Both the position numbers and the translations under genes were made by a program. Shown piece by piece: positions 19,863 through 29,560 of a DNA stretch of 45,899 bases. Every line of letters begins with the position of its first letter. Position 1 is the first letter of the stretch. Source of the stretch: an uncultured Clostridia bacterium (GTDB lineage Bacteria > Bacillota > Clostridia > TANB77 > CAG-508); the NCBI GenBank assembly GCA_944391825.1, contig CALXUZ010000003.1:1-45899 (forward strand), given 5' to 3'. The notes beneath the pieces are model-generated. The model ran no database searches. It was not told where the DNA came from and saw only the letters and a program-made list of their open reading frames with translations.

Positions 19863-20099
19863 ATGGAGCTCTTTGGGCAATTTGTAATTATTTCTAAAAT
19901 TCGATAGCCCCACAATTGTATTATATAAGTGCAGTCCGCGCAGGCGGAGCGTTAGCGTAGTTCTAGAGCCTTCCAACCACTTTACCCATGTCAAAAATTT
20001 ATTTTTGACATGTGGACGGAAGGCGACAGCAAGGACAAACGTTATAATACAATTGTGGGGCTAATCTAATTTACAAAAAAATTGCCCAAAGAGCTCCAT
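19863..20099 (-). repeat. Dispersed structured element, copy 3 (inverted; core 19905-20063) nested in an extra 21 bp inverted repeat
   Basis: Inner IR TAGCCCCACAATTGTATTATA; outer IR ATGGAGCTCTTTGGGCAATTT/AAATTGCCCAAAGAGCTCCAT. Confidence 0.9.
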
Positions 20100-20209
20100 C
20101 CTCAAAAACGTACAAAAATTTCACATTTTTTTCACAATCATATTGTATTATATATACAATTTAGGTTATTATATATATAATTTATTTTATTTTATTTGGA
20201 GGTAAAATA

Positions 20210-21496
20210 ATGGAAGAAAACAATTCAAACCAAAACAATAATGATAACAAAACATTTAATAGTGTTGCGTCCAGTGCAACTGAGGCAACTTACAAAGAAT
20301 TTAAAAATAGTGAGAAAAAGCAAAAATCAGGTGGTGCAGGATTTGGTAAAACTGTGGTATTGCCATTTTTCTGTGGTGTGCTAGGAACTGCAGTAGTTTT
20401 AGGTGCTTGCGTAAGTATCCCATTTTTAAAAGAAAATATAGTAAAACAACTTGTTACTATTAATACTTCTGATGATGAAGATGATAATTCCAATACAGCT
20501 AATTTAAATACACAATTAATTTTACTTCAAGGATACTCTGATACTGCTGTTGGTGTTGCAAAAAAAGTTCAACCTTCTATTGTAGCTATTACTGTAGAAT
20601 ATTCTGTCAATTCTATTTTTAATAGAACCCCGGGAACTGCAACAGCAAAAGGCTCAGGTGTTATTATTAGCGAAGATGGATATATTTTAACAAACAACCA
20701 TGTTGTAAATTCTTCAAGTTCAAGCTCTAATGTATTTTACGAAGTTGGTGAAGCTAGCAAAGTAACTGTAAAACTATATAATGATGATACAGAATATGAA
20801 GGAGAAATTATTGGTACAGATTCTCAAACTGATTTAGCTGTTATAAAAATTGATAAAACTGGCTTAACGGTTGCAGAACTTGGAGATTCGGATAGTGTTC
20901 AAGTTGGAGAATTTGCAATGGCAATTGGTAGTCCTTTAGGTTTGGATAATAGTGTTACAGCAGGTATTGTAAGTGCTGTAAATCGTGAAGTTTTAGATGA
21001 AGATGGTAATAAATATATCGCAATTCAAACAGATGCTGCTATTAACTCTGGTAATAGTGGTGGTGCCTTGGTAAATAGTAAGGGCCAGGTTATTGGTATT
21101 AATACTTTAAAGCTATCAGGTGATGGTGTAGAAGGCGTTGGATTTGCAATTCCTATTAATTCAACAAAAGATATTTACCAACAATTAATTGAATATAATA
21201 AAGTAAAAAGACCATATATTGGTATAAGCGGTAGGGATTTAGATGAGAAAACTGCTGAAGCTAATAATTTAGTTGTTGGTGTATATGTAGTAAGTGTTGA
21301 AGAATTTTCTGCAGCAGAAAAAGCTGGAATAAAAGCTGGCGACGTAATTATTGAGGCTGACGAAAAAGATATTGAAACTATGGACGAATTAAATGAAATT
21401 AAAAATCAAAAACAAATTGGAGATACAATGAAATTAAAAATTAATAGAAATGGTCAAGAAAAGGATGTAACCATTACACTTCAAGAACAACCATAA
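20210..21496 (+). CDS. htrA: HtrA/DegP-family serine protease with PDZ domain
   Basis: N-terminal TM, ILTNNHVV, DLAVIK, QTDAAINSGNSGGAL, C-terminal PDZ. Confidence 0.93.
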   Translation: MEENNSNQNNNDNKTFNSVASSATEATYKEFKNSEKKQKSGGAGFGKTVVLPFFCGVLGTAVVLGACVSIPFLKENIVKQLVTINTSDDEDDNSNTANLNTQLILLQGYSDTAVGVAKKVQPSIVAITVEYSVNSIFNRTPGTATAKGSGVIISEDGYILTNNHVVNSSSSSSNVFYEVGEASKVTVKLYNDDTEYEGEIIGTDSQTDLAVIKIDKTGLTVAELGDSDSVQVGEFAMAIGSPLGLDNSVTAGIVSAVNREVLDEDGNKYIAIQTDAAINSGNSGGALVNSKGQVIGINTLKLSGDGVEGVGFAIPINSTKDIYQQLIEYNKVKRPYIGISGRDLDEKTAEANNLVVGVYVVSVEEFSAAEKAGIKAGDVIIEADEKDIETMDELNEIKNQKQIGDTMKLKINRNGQEKDVTITLQEQP

Positions 21497-21729
21497 AAAG
21501 TTAAATGTCAATAGTAGAAAAACGTCAAAAACTAGAGAAAATTAAAGAAAAAGTAAGCTTTCATGCTTGTTTTTTCTTTTTTTATATTCTAATATTTACA
21601 GATTTCGCCTAAAAATGCCATGCAGAAGTATAATTTGTTTGAAAATGAGTACAATATATGGTATAATTAATTTTGTCGTGTGGTTAAAATGGTAGACATA
21701 ATTTACCATGTAAACACACCAAAAGGAGA

Positions 21730-22692
21730 GTGAAGTTTATTTTAAACAAGCGAATTAAATACTACACAAAAGAGACACTAAAATGGATAAACCTTGTAGC
21801 TATTGCTTTGTTTATAATATTTTGTATCGTTTTCTTAAAATATAACCTAGTATGTGAAGTAAGTATTGCAGGTGAAAACATTGGTTATGTTGAAAACAAA
21901 AACACATTTGAGAACAAAATTCAGGAATTATTAGATAAAGAGGGAACTGGAAATATTGCATTTGTAGACTTAGATGTTGTTCCTGAATATAAATTAACAT
22001 TTTTAAATAAAACCGAGCAAATTGATGATACTAAAGTATTGGCAAAAATAGAGGAAAATATTACAATTACTTATGAATATTATGCTGTAAACTTAAATGA
22101 TGAGCAAAAAGCTATTGTTGCCACATTGGATGAAGCTGAAAAATTAGTATCTGAAATTAAAGAAGAATATGAAAATAGTGTAGACTTTAAAATAGGAATT
22201 ACACCTTTGTATTCTGAAAAAGGTGAAGAATATGAACCAGTTGAAGTAGAAGTTGCTGAAAATAAAGTTTCAAAAGAATTGGATAAAATAGAAAATAAAT
22301 CTGTTAATGGTATTTATTTAGCACAAAAACCTATAACTGGTGTTATCACTTCACGTTTTGGTAGCAGGGAAAGTATACGTTCTTATCCACATAATGGTCT
22401 GGATATTGCAGCGCCATATGGAACCAACATAAAATCTGCCACAAAGGGTACTGTATCTTTTGCTGGATATAATGGAAGCTATGGTAACTTAATTATAGTT
22501 GACTGTGGTAACGGTGTACAAATTTACTATGGTCACTGTAGTAAATTATTAGCAAGCGTTGGTGACAAGGTAGAAGCTGGTGATATAATCGCTCAAGTAG
22601 GTTCTACTGGTAACTCTACAGGTAACCACTTACACTTTGAGATTAAAGTAAATGGAGTTTCAGTAAACCCTCAAAATTATATTTATAATTAA
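21730..22692 (+). CDS. M23-family metallopeptidase with N-terminal TM anchor
   Basis: HNGLD, YGN, YGHCS, GSTGNSTGNHLHFEI; GTG start after AAGGAG. Confidence 0.9.
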   Translation: MKFILNKRIKYYTKETLKWINLVAIALFIIFCIVFLKYNLVCEVSIAGENIGYVENKNTFENKIQELLDKEGTGNIAFVDLDVVPEYKLTFLNKTEQIDDTKVLAKIEENITITYEYYAVNLNDEQKAIVATLDEAEKLVSEIKEEYENSVDFKIGITPLYSEKGEEYEPVEVEVAENKVSKELDKIENKSVNGIYLAQKPITGVITSRFGSRESIRSYPHNGLDIAAPYGTNIKSATKGTVSFAGYNGSYGNLIIVDCGNGVQIYYGHCSKLLASVGDKVEAGDIIAQVGSTGNSTGNHLHFEIKVNGVSVNPQNYIYN

Positions 22693-22822
22693 TAATTATT
22701 TTTCGATATTATCACCTTGAGTTCACAAAAAGGACAAAATAAATTGGTATATTATAAGCGTAGTCAGTAATAAGTTACTCCGTTATTGACTATAGTTTAG
22801 TAAAACATCCCCTTTTATTTTC

Positions 22823-22864
22823 AAAAAGAGAGTTCCGCGAGCGAAATTGGAACTCTCTTTTTTT
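22823..22864. terminator. Bidirectional terminator
   Basis: AAAAAGAGAGTTCC...GGAACTCTCTTTTT, about 10 bp past the frameshift-corrected DUF2207 stop. Confidence 0.8.
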
Positions 22865-22874
22865 GTGTGAAAAT

Positions 22875-24831
22875 TTATCTGCCACCCATGCCGGCCTCCA
22901 CCTCCGCCGAAGCCTCCTCCTCCGGAGAATCCACCTCCGAATCCTCCGCCAGATGAGAAGTTTCCTCCACTATAATTAGAGCCTGCTTGATTACTTAATC
23001 CTCCCATATATGCCCTATTTACTGCAGTATTTAGTGAAGTTAAAAATGCTGTATTTAATGCACTATTATATAATAAATTCATATAAACATAGTCATATCC
23101 ATCTATTTCTTGTAAATCTGGGTATTTTACTTTTAATTGATCTATTACTTTATCTGCAATTCCAAATGCAGTCGCAAAAACTAAATATTTTTCCCATAGT
23201 TTCAAATCTGGAACTTCTTTTTCATTTAATAATGAAAAATCTTCCATGTATCTCTTTAATCCCTTCCATTTTGCCGCTTCTTCTAATCCTTTGTCTGTAA
23301 GAGGATTTAATTTATTATATAAAATTATATGAGGTATCATTTTTATAAATAGCAATGCTGCCGGAAGAAATGTAAAATATAACCCTACAATTCCAAATAT
23401 AACACAAAGTTTTATAGAATTTAGCTCTTTTTCTTTTTGTTCCTGTATTTTTTTATCATAATTTCCTAACCTTGCTTGCTCTGCTCTAACCTCTTTTTCT
23501 ATTTTATTTACAGTCTTTACAAAAGTTGAACTATGCTTTTTAGCATATTTCTCCATTTCTTTCATAGTAAAGGTCTTAACTTCTTCTTTTGTACTATTTG
23601 CTACTTTTACTAACAAATTATATACAATTTGTTCATCTTTTTTAAGTCCAAGCATTGTTTTAACATTTTCAGAATAATTTAAAATACTTACCCTAACATC
23701 TGGTTTTTTTCCTGTTTTGTCTTCTGAGAAAACAATGTATTTTTTTAGTGCCAATTGTAACATTGTAGCAGATATTACTTTAGAAAGATTTTTAGAAAAC
23801 TTTCCATTTTGGTTGTAATACAAAAGCGCTGCATCACCTGCCGAACTGGTCTTATCAGGTATATCTCTAAAATAATCTATAAATGGGCTTGTTCTTTTAG
23901 GAATCTTAGCGCACCTAATACCCGCTTTAATTATTAATATAATAAATAAAATTGTAAGACCAATATTAAATAGTATTATAAGAACTATCATAATTTTTTC
24001 AAATATTTCTTGTCTTTGTTTCTCTTTTATATATTCTTCTCTTTCACGGTTTGCTTCTGTTGCCCACTGTTCTTCCTCTGATAAAATTGTATTTAGTCTA
24101 TCCATAGGAATTACTGAATTTGATGAAAACATGTCCTCTAAAACAGCTACCCTTACCTCAACCATCACTTCTGGGTCCAAATAATCCACACTTAGGGTCA
24201 CTCTATCTGTTTCAGGATATACATTACCATTATATGGTCCATGTGCCCATGCCCTTAAATTATTACTATTTTGAACCCCTTTTGGTAATAGTATGGTAGC
24301 TGTTAATTTATCTACAGGAAGACCGTTTTCATTACCAACTAATTGCCAATATAATTCTGAACAATCATTATATGTTTTTACTACATCAACCACTTTGTAT
24401 TTTATTTGATACTTCCTTGTTTCTCTGCCTTCTACAGAAACTCCCCATGCAATTTCAAAATCTCCGCTACTTACAACCAATCCATAATAGCAATCTTCTG
24501 TTACATGGTACATTTCCTCATCAATTTGCCTTAATTTTGTTTTAGTTCCATCAGAATTTACTCTATACACTTCTACATCTGTAATTTCTTTAAATTTCGT
24601 GCTATCCATATGAATATCTTTAAACATAGTATTTGTATCATAAATTCTAGCATCCCAATTCTCAGTAATATCCATGCTACCATCTTCATTTAGCTGAATT
24701 TCAAAATCCAAATTATTTAGTGTTATGCTCCCTGCTTTAGCTTCGCTTCCAAAATACCAAAATGCCAAAACCATTGCAATTACAATAAATATTTTAAAAT
24801 AAATACTCTTTAAAATACTTTTAGTTTCCAT
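22875..24831 (-). CDS. DUF2207 family membrane protein; C-terminus needs a +1 shift (skip C at 22893)
   Basis: LNEDGSMDITE, ELYWQ, WAHGP, WKGLKRYMEDFS, WEKYLVFATAFG, Gly-rich tail ending GGGGG|GMGGR* after the shift. Confidence 0.85.
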
Positions 24832-25014
24832 AAACTTCCCCTTTTATTTACAATTTTTATTACTGGTATTTTATACGAATTTTCTAAAAAAAGCAATAGT
24901 TTTTGGGGACGCTTCTCCTCTGTCGCTTTTAGGGACAGTCCCCAATCTACCACTTTTGTCTTACTTAGGGACGGATTTCTTAATGCAATAAAAATAGTAA
25001 ATCTATCAAGTACT

Positions 25015-25161
25015 CACAATTGTATTATAACGTTGGTCCTTGCTGTCGCCTTCCGTCCGCATGTCAAAAATAAATTTTTGACATGGGTAAAGTGGTTGGA
25101 AGGCTCTAGAACTACGCTAACGCTCCGCCTGCGCGGACTGCACTTATATAATACAATTGTG
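25015..25161 (+). repeat. Dispersed ~150 bp structured element, copy 4
   Basis: 15 bp terminal IR CACAATTGTATTATA; same core. Confidence 0.9.
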
Positions 25162-25228
25162 GTTCATAATATTATAGAAGGAAATTATCAAAAGTCTCCT
25201 TTCAAAAATTTGACCTGTCACTAAGTGG

Positions 25229-27907
25229 CTAATTTTGTCCTCTAAGACCCGTCCCCGAAAGTACCACTTTTCCAAATTTAACCTCGTTTAGCTTTTTCTG
25301 TAACTCCATGATAATCAATGGTAATATTGAAATTCCAATTGTGTATAGCCATTGTGTACCAGTTAATGATACTAATTTAAATACTTCTGCAATTGGTGGA
25401 ACAACAACTACAATTACTTGTAAAAATGTTCCCAAAATAAATGCACCTATTAAATATTTATTTTCTAATAATCCTACTTTAAAAATTGATTCCTCACTTT
25501 TGATATTAAAGCTATGTACTAGTTCTAACAATCCAAGGCTTACAAATGCCATTGTTCTACCCACTTCTATTCCATATAGATAATTTCCTATACTAAATGC
25601 AACTAAAGTTAAAAGTCCAAGCATTGTTCCTTCTACAAATATCCTTCCCCACAAACCATCTGCAAAAATTCCCTTTTTACTATCCTGTGGTTTTCTATTC
25701 ATAATATTTTCATCAGGTGGTTCTAGCCCAAGTGCAATTGCTGGTAGTGAATCTGTAACCAAATTTACCCAAAGCAATTGAATAGCAAGTAATGGCGTTT
25801 TTAAGCCTAATATAACACCTAATAAAATTGTAACAATCTCTCCAATATTTGTTGCAATTAAAAAATGCACTGCCTTTTTTATATTATCAAAAATATTTCT
25901 TCCTTGCTTTACAGCTTCAACAATGGTCACAAAATTATCATCTGTAAGTACCATATCTGCTGCATTTTTAGCAACATCTGTGCCATTTTGCCCCATTGCA
26001 ACTCCTATATCTGCTTTTTTTAGTGCTGGTGCATCATTCACACCATCTCCAGTCATTGCTACAACTGCACCTGTTGACCTAAATGCCTCTACAATGCGCA
26101 CTTTATGTTCAGGCGTTACCCTAGCAAATACTGAATATTGCATAATGTTTCTTTTTAAAATATCCTGCGGTATTTTATCAAGTTCTGCCCCAGTAATAGC
26201 CAAATCCCTACCTCTTAAAATTCCTAAGTCTTTTGCTATTGCCTTTGCTGTTGCAATATGGTCACCTGTAATCATAACTGTTTTAATTCCAGCCCTCCTG
26301 CAAGTTTCTACAGCTTCTTTTACCCCTTCTCTTGGCGGGTCTATCATACCAACAAGCCCAGCAAATACAAGGTCTTTTTCCACTATTTCTGAACTTATTT
26401 TGCTTGGCAATTGTGGTATGTCTAAATATGCAACTGCTAACACACGCAAAGCCTCATCTGCCATCAAATTATTTTGCTTTTCTATTTCGCTTAAATCTTT
26501 GCCACTTAAACTTTCAATTTTTCCATTTGAATATATTTTATTACAATGCTTTAGCAAAATATCAGGTGCCCCTTTTGTTATAATCCTATAACCATTTTGC
26601 ATTTTATGTATTGTTGTCATCATTTTTCTGCTAGAATCAAATGGAATATCAGCAACTCTTTTCATAGTTTTATATAGCTTATCTTTATTTATTCCTTCTT
26701 TTAAAGCCCTATCGACAATTGCAATTTCTGTGGGTTCACCTGTAAGGTCATCCCTTGTTATATTTCTGTGACCAGAATTAATTTCCACATCTGTGCACAT
26801 TGCGCCAAGTTCTAGAATTCTTTGTATTTCATGGCTGTCGGTAACTTCTCCTCTTACATTTGCAATTTTAGTTACTTGCATTTTATTTTGTGTTAAAGTT
26901 CCAGTTTTGTCAGAGCAAATAACACTACTACTTCCTAATGTCTCTACAGCAGGAAGTTTGCGAATAATGCTGTTTTTTCTAGCCATTTTAGTAACACCTA
27001 TTGAAAGCATAATTGTTACAATTGCAGGCAAACCTTCCGGAATTGCTGCAACTGCAAGTCCTACAGAGGTCATAAACATTTCAATTGGTTCTATGTGCTT
27101 AAATATACCAATAACAAAAATAACAAGGCATATAATTAAGCAACCCATACCAAGGCTTTTGCCCACTTGTCCCAGTTTTTTTTGAATTGGCGTTTCTGGT
27201 GTCTCACCTGTAATAATCATTTTTGCAATTTTTCCAACTTTAGTATTCATGCCAATCTCTGTAACAACAGCTTCTCCATGTCCATTTACCACAACAGTTG
27301 TTGCAAATGCTAAATTTGTCATATCTCCCAAAGCTGTCTTTTCTGGTAAAATATCATCTGCTTGTTTTAATTCTGGAACTGTCTCACCTGTTAAACTGGA
27401 TTCCTCTATTTTTAAATTAGATGAACTAATTATTCTGCAATCTGCAGGCACATAATTGCCCGCTTCTAATAACACTATATCCCCCGGCACAACTTCTTCA
27501 CCTTTTATAATCTCTGTTCTTCCATTTCTTTTAACTTTACATGTTGGTGCAGACATCTTTTTAAGTGCCTCTAGTGATTTTTCTGCTTTTGCTTCTTGAA
27601 TAAGCCCCATAAGCGCATTAAAAACAACAATTGCAATTATTATAATGGAATCAAAATAATCGCCAGAGCCATCTAATTTTGCAACTACTGCAGATACCAC
27701 AGAAGCAATTAGTAAAATTATAATCATAAAATCTTTAAATTGCTCTAAAAACTTAATTAGTATAGACTTTTTTTTCTGTTCTTCCAGTCTATTTACTCCA
27801 TACTTTTTTCTTTTCTCATCAACCTGCCTTTCTGTAAGTCCAAACTCAAAGTTTGTCCCAGTTTTTCTTTCTACTTCTTCAGTAGTTAATGTGTGCCACA
27901 TAAGCAT
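25229..27907 (-). CDS. P-type IIA (Ca2+-transporting-like) ATPase
   Basis: LTGET, IPEGL, DKTGTLT, KGAP, DPPR, TGDGVNDAPALK, QLLWVNLVTD. Confidence 0.95.
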   Translation of the reverse strand: MLMWHTLTTEEVERKTGTNFEFGLTERQVDEKRKKYGVNRLEEQKKKSILIKFLEQFKDFMIIILLIASVVSAVVAKLDGSGDYFDSIIIIAIVVFNALMGLIQEAKAEKSLEALKKMSAPTCKVKRNGRTEIIKGEEVVPGDIVLLEAGNYVPADCRIISSSNLKIEESSLTGETVPELKQADDILPEKTALGDMTNLAFATTVVVNGHGEAVVTEIGMNTKVGKIAKMIITGETPETPIQKKLGQVGKSLGMGCLIICLVIFVIGIFKHIEPIEMFMTSVGLAVAAIPEGLPAIVTIMLSIGVTKMARKNSIIRKLPAVETLGSSSVICSDKTGTLTQNKMQVTKIANVRGEVTDSHEIQRILELGAMCTDVEINSGHRNITRDDLTGEPTEIAIVDRALKEGINKDKLYKTMKRVADIPFDSSRKMMTTIHKMQNGYRIITKGAPDILLKHCNKIYSNGKIESLSGKDLSEIEKQNNLMADEALRVLAVAYLDIPQLPSKISSEIVEKDLVFAGLVGMIDPPREGVKEAVETCRRAGIKTVMITGDHIATAKAIAKDLGILRGRDLAITGAELDKIPQDILKRNIMQYSVFARVTPEHKVRIVEAFRSTGAVVAMTGDGVNDAPALKKADIGVAMGQNGTDVAKNAADMVLTDDNFVTIVEAVKQGRNIFDNIKKAVHFLIATNIGEIVTILLGVILGLKTPLLAIQLLWVNLVTDSLPAIALGLEPPDENIMNRKPQDSKKGIFADGLWGRIFVEGTMLGLLTLVAFSIGNYLYGIEVGRTMAFVSLGLLELVHSFNIKSEESIFKVGLLENKYLIGAFILGTFLQVIVVVVPPIAEVFKLVSLTGTQWLYTIGISILPLIIMELQKKLNEVKFGKVVLSGTGLRGQN

Positions 27908-28015
27908 ATCCTCCTTTGTCTTATTTAATTCATATATATGATGCTTGTCTTTAATTTATTACTTGATTTATCTTTGATTTTGTTATAATATATATGCATG
28001 CAAGGAGTGATATGA

Positions 28016-29531
28016 ATGAAAACATATACTTTAAAAGATTATATAAATGTTTTAAAAAAGCATAATTTAGTAGAAGAAATTATTTTAAATGATATTGATG
28101 AAAATGCACAAATACCTTTAATTGCACACAATTCTAAAAGTGTAGTTCCAAACACATTATATATTTGCAAAGGTATGAAGTATAAACCAGAATATTTGCT
28201 TGAAGCAATACATAATGGTGCAATTTTTTATGTATCGGAAAGAGGAAATGCATCAGTTCCTGATTTTCCGCATGCTATTGTTACTAATATTCGTAAGGCA
28301 TTGGCAGTGCTTTCTGAGCTATACTATGACTATCCAGCAGAAAAAATAAATATGATTGGTCTTACAGGAACTAAGGGAAAATCCACTACAGCATATTACA
28401 TAAAAAGCATATTAGATAATTACATGAGAGCAAAAAATTTACCAGATACTGCAATAGTATCTTCAATAGATACATATGACGGAAAAACATGTAAAGAATC
28501 GCTAATTACCAGCCCAGAATCTATTGACTTGCAAGAACATATTGCAAATGCAGTAGAGTGCAATATGCAAAATTTAGTAATGGAAGTTAGTAGCCAAGCT
28601 TTAAAATTAGACCGTGTATATGGCATATTATATAAAGTTGGAGTGTTTTTAAATATTTCTGAAGATCATATTAGTAGCATAGAACACCCTGATTTTGAAG
28701 ATTATTTTAACTCAAAATTAAAATTTTTTGAGCAAGTTGAAACTGCATGTGTTAACCTAGATTCAGATTATATTGATAAAATTTTAGAAAATGCACAAAA
28801 ATCTAAAAAAATTATTACATTTAGCACTAAAAATCCAGATGCTGATATATATGCATATAATATTCAAAAGCCAACACATACATCTATTACATTTAAAGTA
28901 AAAACTCCAAAATTTGAAGATGATATTTTGCTAACCATGCCTGGATTATTTAATGTAGAAAATGCTGTTGCTGCAATAGCAGTTGCTATTTCACTTGGTG
29001 TTCCTTACAAGAATATATATGAAGGTCTAAAAGTTGCAAAGGCAAGTGGAAGGATGGAATCGCACATTAGTAAAGATGGTAGCATAATAGTTATTGTAGA
29101 TTATGCACATAACAAATTAAGTTTTGAAAAACTATATGAATCTACAAAACAAGAATATCCAGATAAAAAGATTGTTACAGTTTTTGGGTGTCCAGGCGGT
29201 AAAGCGCAGCTTCGCAGAAGGGATTTAGGAACTTTATCAGGAAAAAATTCCTCTATAACATATTTAACAGCAGAAGATCCCGGACCAGAGGAAACTATTG
29301 ATATTTGCAAGGAGATTGCAAGCCATGTAAAAAAAGAGCATGGAGATTACAAAATTATAGAAGACCGTGGACAAGCTATAAAAAGTGCTATTTTAGAAAA
29401 TCCAAATAGTGTAATTTTAATTACGGGAAAGGGAAATGAAACAAGACAAAAGGTACGGTACAAAGTTTCTTCCTTGCCTAACAGATACACAATACGCAGA
29501 AGAAGCTTTGGAAGAATACAATAAAAAGTAA
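28016..29531 (+). CDS. murE: UDP-MurNAc-tripeptide synthetase (MurE family); C-terminus needs a +1 shift (skip C at 29456)
   Basis: GLTGTKGKST, MEVSSQ, EDH, FNVENA, GRME, VDYAHN, GKGNETRQKV|GTKFLPCLTDTQYAEEALEEYNKK*. Confidence 0.9.
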
Positions 29532-29560
29532 GTAAAAGGCGGTTTCACCGCCTTTTACTT
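29530..29560. terminator. Bidirectional terminator between murE and smc
   Basis: AAGTAAAAGGCGGT-ttc-ACCGCCTTTTACTT. Confidence 0.85.

Noticed and set aside
22783-22874. Frame-0 C-terminal extension of DUF2207
   Set aside because: Runs through an intrinsic terminator and has no family resemblance.
16642-25161. CRISPR array interpretation of the repeats
   Set aside because: Copies are kilobases apart with no repeat-spacer periodicity and no cas genes.
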